Below the pieces are notes generated by a model, which made no database searches, had not been told where the DNA came from, and worked only from the letters and a program-made list of their open reading frames with translations. This document shows, in pieces, positions 57,957 through 64,000 of a stretch of DNA of 64,000 bases (its first letter is position 1; the number at the start of each line of letters is the position of its first letter). Source of the DNA: an uncultured delta proteobacterium (lineage in GTDB: Bacteria > Desulfobacterota > Binatia > Binatales > Binataceae); contig CAVQEQ010000003.1 in assembly GCA_963711565.1 (NCBI GenBank), positions 800,001 through 864,000 on the forward strand. The letters run 5' to 3'. A program made the translations under genes and the position numbers.

Positions 57957-59173
57957 TCCGCCTCATCTCCTACCGGCTCTCCGGAGGTTGCGGCCTGCGC
58001 GACGCGGTTCAGTCCCGGCACTGCCGAAATCAGAAACGCGCCAAGGAAACCGATCGAGATCAGAAACTGCGTGGGTCCAAACGGGATCGCATCGAGCGAC
58101 AGCGACGGAACCACCAGCACGTAACGCTCGAGCCATATTCCGATGAGTCCAAGCGCGGACACCGTGCCGAGAATCATCGGCGTCTTCTTGGTCCGCACGC
58201 TCATCAGGACCGTAAATGGAATCAGCCAGATCAATACGACGCACGCCACTGACAACGGTGACCACGGCATGTGATGAACACGCTGGACAATGAAAAAGGT
58301 CTCGACCGGCAGGTCGCCGTACCAGATCACGATGTACTGCGAGAAGAGGAGGTACACCCAGAACACCGAGAAAGCGAACACCATCTTGCCGAAGTCGTGC
58401 ATAACGACGGGATTGGTGAACAGATTGTGTTCGCCCAGACGGCCGCGCAGCACGGTCGCTACCAGAGCCATCGCCGCCAATCCGCTCCAGAAAGCTCCCG
58501 CGAAAAAGTACCAGCCGAAAAGTGTGCTGCGCCAAACCGGCGCGAGCGACATCACCAAATCGAATGCGATCAGCGTGTAAACGACGGCGAACAGCACAGC
58601 AACCAGCGGCGCGAACACTCGTATCGAATGCGGCGGCAGCTCAATGTCGTCGGCCGCGATCGTCCACGCTCGGGCGTCATCGCCGCTCGAGACGCGGACA
58701 AATGCGAAACTCGCCGCCGCCATCACGCCAAGCCCGATTCCATCACGCGCAAATAGAAACGGGACGTTCAGCCACGCGGCCTTCTGCGGGATCGGATGCG
58801 TCACCCACGGGAAAATCAGGCTGCGGCCGAAGTACAATCCAAAGAATAGAAAAAATCCGACCCACAGAAACGGCGCGAAGGCCTCGCCGAGCCGATACGG
58901 CGTCGAGCCGCCCCACTTCGCTTGCGTGAGATAGAACGCCGCCGATGCGACGAGCGCGCCTTGTGCGACGCCGAGAAAAAATAGCAGGTTGACGAGATAG
59001 GCCTGCCATGCGATCGCGGCGCCGCCGCGCATCAGCGCGAGCCCGAAGGCGATCGCGCCGAGCACAATCATCACGGCACCGACCGCCTGCATCGTCGTGC
59101 CGGCGACCGACTCGACGACTTGCGGCTTCGTCGCCGCGCGCTCGCGATGCAATTGCTGAAGATTGGTGCTCAT
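57953..59173 (-). CDS. actF: Alternative complex III subunit F (NrfD-like)
   Basis: WLNVPF, DLVMSL.P.W.ST.FG.Y, HDFGK, QYIVIWYG.LP.E. Confidence 0.88.
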   Translation of the reverse strand: MSTNLQQLHRERAATKPQVVESVAGTTMQAVGAVMIVLGAIAFGLALMRGGAAIAWQAYLVNLLFFLGVAQGALVASAAFYLTQAKWGGSTPYRLGEAFAPFLWVGFFLFFGLYFGRSLIFPWVTHPIPQKAAWLNVPFLFARDGIGLGVMAAASFAFVRVSSGDDARAWTIAADDIELPPHSIRVFAPLVAVLFAVVYTLIAFDLVMSLAPVWRSTLFGWYFFAGAFWSGLAAMALVATVLRGRLGEHNLFTNPVVMHDFGKMVFAFSVFWVYLLFSQYIVIWYGDLPVETFFIVQRVHHMPWSPLSVACVVLIWLIPFTVLMSVRTKKTPMILGTVSALGLIGIWLERYVLVVPSLSLDAIPFGPTQFLISIGFLGAFLISAVPGLNRVAQAATSGEPVGDEAE

Positions 59174-59187
59174 GACCTTGGCGCCGC

Positions 59188-59700
59188 TTAATCCGCGCCC
59201 TCACGTACGACCTCTTCCGCGCCCGATTCCTTCATCATCGACTCGACGCGCTCCGCTTCACCCTCGTCGCATCGGACCACGATCCCAAATCGATCCCCGC
59301 CGAAGCGCCCGTCGTATCCCGGTGCACTCTCGATCGCAGGCACACCCGCGAGCCCCAGCACTCCAAGGAAGCCGAAGATTCCGCCGAGCAACACCATCAA
59401 CTCGAAACAGATCACTATGAACGGTGGCCATGACAGCAGCGGTTTGCCGCCCGCATTGAGGCGCCATTCGTAAGTTGTGCCGATCGTGATCGCGAGCCCG
59501 GTGAGGATGCCCGAGATTCCACCCACCAGCACGATCCATCGCACCGGACTTTTCTTCTTGCCGATCGCGTGCTCGATTTTGTGGCTCGGAAACGGCGCGA
59601 ACGTATGGAAGTCCGAAACCTGAGCAGCGCGCAACTCTTCTATAGCCTGCGCCGCATGCGTATCGTCAGCAAACGAGCTTATGATCGCAATCGTGCTCAT
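59188..59700 (-). CDS. actD: Alternative complex III subunit D (DUF3341)
   Basis: PFP, GGKP..SWPPFIVICFELMVL. Confidence 0.9.
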   Translation of the reverse strand: MSTIAIISSFADDTHAAQAIEELRAAQVSDFHTFAPFPSHKIEHAIGKKKSPVRWIVLVGGISGILTGLAITIGTTYEWRLNAGGKPLLSWPPFIVICFELMVLLGGIFGFLGVLGLAGVPAIESAPGYDGRFGGDRFGIVVRCDEGEAERVESMMKESGAEEVVREGAD

Positions 59701-61055
59701 GCGGCTTTGACTCGATCCATCTTGAGCGCCTTGCGCAGCCAGACGATCCCTTCCTTGAGTTCCGTCATCGAGAAGATCGGCAGGAACCTTGAAAATAGCG
59801 AGAACAGTCCGACGAACCACGCGAAGCTGCCGACCGTGATCATGATTTCAGTGATCGACGGACGGTACGGACCCCACTGCGAAGGTTCGAAGTTCACTCT
59901 CAGCGAGCCTGCTATGATCACGAAGCGCTCCATCCACATTCCGATATTCACGAAAATCGTGATTACCCAGAGCGCCCGCAGGTTGACCCGAATGCGCGGG
60001 GAAAACAGCAACAGCGGTATCACGCAGTTGCACAACACCATCATCCAGAACAGCGGACCCCACGGCCCGAAATACCGCATGTGAAAGGTCATTTGCTCGA
60101 TCGGATCGCCGGCGTACCAGGTCATGAAGCTCTCGGTAATGTACGAATACGAAACCACCAGCAACGTCAGCAGCACGACCTTGGCGAGATTATCGAAGTG
60201 CCACTCGGTCAGCAGGTCCTCGATGCCCAGCAGTCTGCGCATCGGGATCAGCAGCGTGATAACCATCGCCACGCCGGAAAAGATCGCGCCGGCGACGAAG
60301 TACGGTGCGAAGAGCGTACTGTGCCAGCCGGGTAGTTGCGCCATCGCGAAATCCCACGACACGACCGAATGCACCGACAGCACCAGCGGAGTAGCTAATC
60401 CCGCCATTAGCAAGTAGGCCATTGAGTAATGCCGCCACTGGCGATCGGTTCCCTGCCAACCCATCGCCAGCACCGTGTAGAACTTCTTGCGCCAGCCGGT
60501 CGCGGCCTCGCGCGCGTTGGCGATATCGGGAATCAGGCCCATCGTCCAGAACAGCGCGCTGATAGTCAGATAAGTACTAACCGCGAAAGCGTCCCATACC
60601 AGTGGCGAGCGAAAATCGGGTTGCAGGTATCGCTCATTGGGATATGGCAATAGCCAGTAGAAAAACCACACGCGGCCAAGATGTATTAGTGGAAACAGTC
60701 CCGCAGTAGCTACTGCGAATATAGTCATTGTCTCGGCGGCGCGATAAACCGCGGTGCGCCACTTGGTGCGGAACAGGAACAGAATCGCGGAGATCAAAGT
60801 CCCCGAGTGCGCGATACCGACCCAGAAAACGAAGTTGGTAATGTAGATTGCCCACATCACCGGCTGGCGAAGTCCCGTCACGCCCAGCCCCGTGTATATC
60901 TGCCGCATCCAGCACCCCGCCGCGATCGCCACCAGCGTGAAACAGAATCCGATCCATGCCCAGTACGCCATTCCCGCCGGTTCCATGACGCGCAGCACGC
61001 TGCGATCGATGTCGCGAAAGCTCGGCTCGGTGTTTATCTTGGGCGCCGCAGCCAC
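59697..61055 (-). CDS. actC: Alternative complex III subunit C (NrfD/PsrC family)
   Basis: ITNFVFWVGIAHSGTLISAIL, SPLVWD, SVHSVVSWDFA, GWHST. Confidence 0.94.
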   Translation of the reverse strand: MAAAPKINTEPSFRDIDRSVLRVMEPAGMAYWAWIGFCFTLVAIAAGCWMRQIYTGLGVTGLRQPVMWAIYITNFVFWVGIAHSGTLISAILFLFRTKWRTAVYRAAETMTIFAVATAGLFPLIHLGRVWFFYWLLPYPNERYLQPDFRSPLVWDAFAVSTYLTISALFWTMGLIPDIANAREAATGWRKKFYTVLAMGWQGTDRQWRHYSMAYLLMAGLATPLVLSVHSVVSWDFAMAQLPGWHSTLFAPYFVAGAIFSGVAMVITLLIPMRRLLGIEDLLTEWHFDNLAKVVLLTLLVVSYSYITESFMTWYAGDPIEQMTFHMRYFGPWGPLFWMMVLCNCVIPLLLFSPRIRVNLRALWVITIFVNIGMWMERFVIIAGSLRVNFEPSQWGPYRPSITEIMITVGSFAWFVGLFSLFSRFLPIFSMTELKEGIVWLRKALKMDRVKAA

Positions 61056-63973
61056 TCAGGTCTTTCCTTTCTCGCGATAGAGATCGCGCAGGTACGTGAT
61101 CGCCGGTTGAGTGTTGAGTTCCTCGAGTGCGCGATAGGTGCGCAGCTTGTTGTCATCGCGCCGGCGCATCATCGCGCTAGCCGGATCGTTGCTGTCGCCG
61201 AACGTGATTGCCCGCGTCGGACACGCCTGCATGCACGCCGTGACGATCTCGCCATCGCGCAGTTGACGATCCTCGGTCTTGGCATTGAGCTCGCCGAACT
61301 GGATTCGCTGGATGCAGAACGTGCACTTCTCCATTACGCCGGCGCCGCGGACCGTCACGTCGGGATTGAGTTGCAGGTTCATCGGCGCCGGCCACTCCGG
61401 CACGAACCAGTTGAACCGGCGCACCTTGTACGGACAGTTATTTTCGCAATAGCGCGTGCCGACGCATCGATTGTAAACTTGGCCGTTGAGGCCTTCCTCC
61501 GTGTGATACGACGCGAACACCGGGCAGACCGGCTCGCACGGCGCGTGATCGCACTGCTGGCACAGCATCGGCGCCAGGTAGAGCTGCGGCGCCTCTGCCG
61601 CTTCCTCTTCATTCGGGAAGTAGCGCTCGATGCGAATCCACGACATGATTCGCCCGTTATCGACACCCTCCTTGCCCACCCACGGAACATTATTTTCCGC
61701 GTAGCACGCCGTCACGCACGCGCTGCAACCGGTGCACGCGTTCACGTCGATCGTCATGCCCCATTTGTGCCCCACATATTTCCAGGGCGCGTACATTTCG
61801 AACGGCCCGGTAACTTCTTCCCCCTCGCTCTTCGGAATCACGCCGTTCGCTAGCTGCTCGATACTCATCGCCTCGACGATCGACCGGCCCATCATGTCGC
61901 TCTTGCCCAGCGGCGTCACGAGCTTGCGAGTGTCACCCGTCGCGCGCGCGGTCGCAGCCGCGTAAGTCGCGCCCGCCGCCAGTATCGTCCACGCATTCGC
62001 GCCGACATCCTTGGCGTAGCGGCCGTACTCGCGATGCCCCTGCCCAAGCGGCACCGCGATCACGCCGGGACGCACCGTGCTCTCCACCAGCACCGGCGCC
62101 TCGATTGCGCCGTGTTCCGTCTTGATCTCGATGATGTCGTCCCTGGCGACGCCGAGCTTGCGCGCGGTCTCGGGATGCATCTCGGCCCAACTGTCCCACA
62201 CGATCTGCGTGACCGGCTCGGGCAATTCCTGCAGCCACGGCTTGTCCGCGCCGCGCCCGTCATAAAGAAAAATGTGCGGATAGGCGTAAACGGAAAGTTC
62301 CATCTGCGCCGCGGTCGGTACGGCGCCCTTGAATGGCGACATGTCGAGCGTGAGCGCCGAGAGATGCTGTTCCTCGAACAATCCGCCTTCGCGCCGGACC
62401 TTCACCCAAAAATCTTCAGCATCGCTACCGTCTGCTTTGGGAGCCAGCGCCAGCCATTCAGTCTTGACGGCCTCCGCCGTAGTCGCCCACGGCAGTTTTG
62501 TGCTCGACGTTTTCGCAGCCGCCGCGATCAGGATGTCGCCCACCGGCTTGCTCTCGAACACCGGCTGCATCACAGGCTGCCCAAGTCCGCGGATTCCCGC
62601 GCGCGGCGCCGTGTCACGCCATGATTCGAGCGGGTGATGCGCCGGCAAAAGCAGACTCGCCATCGCCGCGGTCTCATCCGGCACGCCGCCCGCCCACACT
62701 ACGAACGGAACTTTTTGGAGCGCCTCGGCCATTCGCGCCGACGGCGGCTGAGTGAACACCGGATTTCCGCCCGCGATAAACGCCACGTCGATCTCGCCGC
62801 CGCGCATCGCGTCGATCGCCGCGTCCACTTCATCCGGCGTGCTGGTCTCCTCGGCGGGCGAATCTTCGAAGAACATTATCGTCTTGCCGAAATTGCCGGT
62901 GACCGCGTTGAGGATCATTGCCGCAAGATGTGCCGACGAATCGTCGGTGCCCGCGATCGCGAGCGCGCCGTCCGCCTTGCCGAAGGTCTCGCCGAGCTGC
63001 CTGATCGTTTCAACCGGCACGCCGGTGCGCGCGCTGGTCGCGGCCGGATCGAAATTCGCGACCGCCTTGGTCAGCGCCACGAGATCGAAGCCCGAGTTCT
63101 GCGAGATTTTCCCATTCTTGACCAGGACGTTGAGAACGCTCCACGCAACGTCGGCCTGCGCTCCTGGAGCCGTCGCGATCCATTCGTCGCACTTCGACGC
63201 CGTCATGCTGAGCCGCGGGCCGACGTAGGTCGCGCGCCCTATTGTCAGCGCTCCGCGCCAATTCTGCGGCGTGCGGAACAGGGAATATTGTCGCGCCAGC
63301 TCCACCGGCGATTGCCACGTCTTGAGAAAATCCGCACCGAAGGAAATCAGCACTTCGGCCTGATCGATTCGATACGTCGGCAGATCCCGCCGGCGAAGAG
63401 CGTTTTCGCCGCGGCCCGCGCCGGTTCCTGGTTGATCGCCTCGTAAAATATCGCACGCGACGAATTGCAGGCGCCGACAAACGCCAGCGCGATTTTTTTG
63501 AAGGTCGGCCCATTCGGCGCGCCGAAGTACGCGACGCGATCCTTGCCCGCCTTCGACGCCGCCACCAGCTTGTCTCCAAGCATTTTCCCGGCGTCGTCCC
63601 ACGATACTGTCCTTAGCGCCCCATCGCCGCTGCGCACCTGCGGACGCGCCAGCCGGTCCGGATTATACAGTCCTTGCAGCGTGGCCTGCCCGCGTGCGCA
63701 TAACGCGCCCTGTCCGATTGGGTCCTCCGGATTTCCCTCGAGCTTGACCACGCGCCCTTCGCGGATTCGCGCCACCACGCCGCATCCGGCCGGACACTCC
63801 GAGCAGGTCGTCGCAAAAAAACTCGGCACCCCTGGCACGACGTTCTCGTCCGGCACCACGTACGGAATCAGCTTGCGCGCTGCCGGCTCGCAGCCAGGCA
63901 GAGCCGCCGCCGCGCTCGCAGTCGCGGCCAGCTTGATAAACGCTCGCCTGGATATTGACGGTCCCTCGCGCAT
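61056..63973 (-). CDS. actB: Alternative complex III subunit B (molybdopterin-oxidoreductase-like plus Fe-S domains), frameshifted near 63393
   Basis: Tat SRRAFIK and CSECPAGC in ORF 63347-63994; CTGCSACVTAC, CQQCDHAPCEPVCP, CVGTRYC, EKCTFC in ORF 61056-63602; one added G gives LFGRRDLP. Confidence 0.92.
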
Positions 63974-64000
63974 CTGTTTTTTCACTTTCCTCACTCAGTG

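Noticed and set aside
63347-63602. actB as a naturally split gene or programmed frameshift
   Set aside because: No slippery sequence; a single missing G in a GGCCGG context restores the frame
63995-64000. CAC-TGA as the end of actA (..CH*)
   Set aside because: Plausible from operon order, but 6 nt is too little to annotate

Overview
High-GC (~60-65%) bacterial chromosomal window. The gene mix (boxBC, SBP56/methanethiol-oxidase-like protein, alternative complex III with caa3 oxidase, many CoA-dependent catabolic enzymes) would fit a soil Deltaproteobacteria-like organism such as Ca. Binatota; this is inference only. It holds about 65 CDS, one tRNA-Leu(CAA), a BsuBI/PstI-type restriction-modification pair and an actBCDF-coxII-coxI/III-coxIV-ctaG respiratory operon. 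The most notable observations are: (1) a 2.19-kb integrase-less island bounded by an exact 18-bp direct repeat, inserted in the last codons of a DUF4105 gene (the displaced end RIRQGLPGING* is still readable) and carrying caspase-like, DUF4760-like, small unknown and GrlR-like genes; (2) a linalool dehydratase/isomerase-like gene with DUF169, divergent from a crotonase across a perfect 9-1-9 operator; (3) a sigma54 promoter, a 29-codon ORF and an HExxH protein with a 24-aa tandem repeat; (4) short AT-shifted synonymous-codon patches inside boxB and actC; (5) a candidate sRNA or attenuator upstream of arsS, a conserved multi-hairpin element downstream of two paralogous hydrolases, a 152-bp IS5-like MITE, and a response regulator with Asp->Asn at its phosphoacceptor. 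Three frameshifts all fall at GGCCGG contexts and are probably sequencing errors. All family calls come from motif recognition, not database searches.
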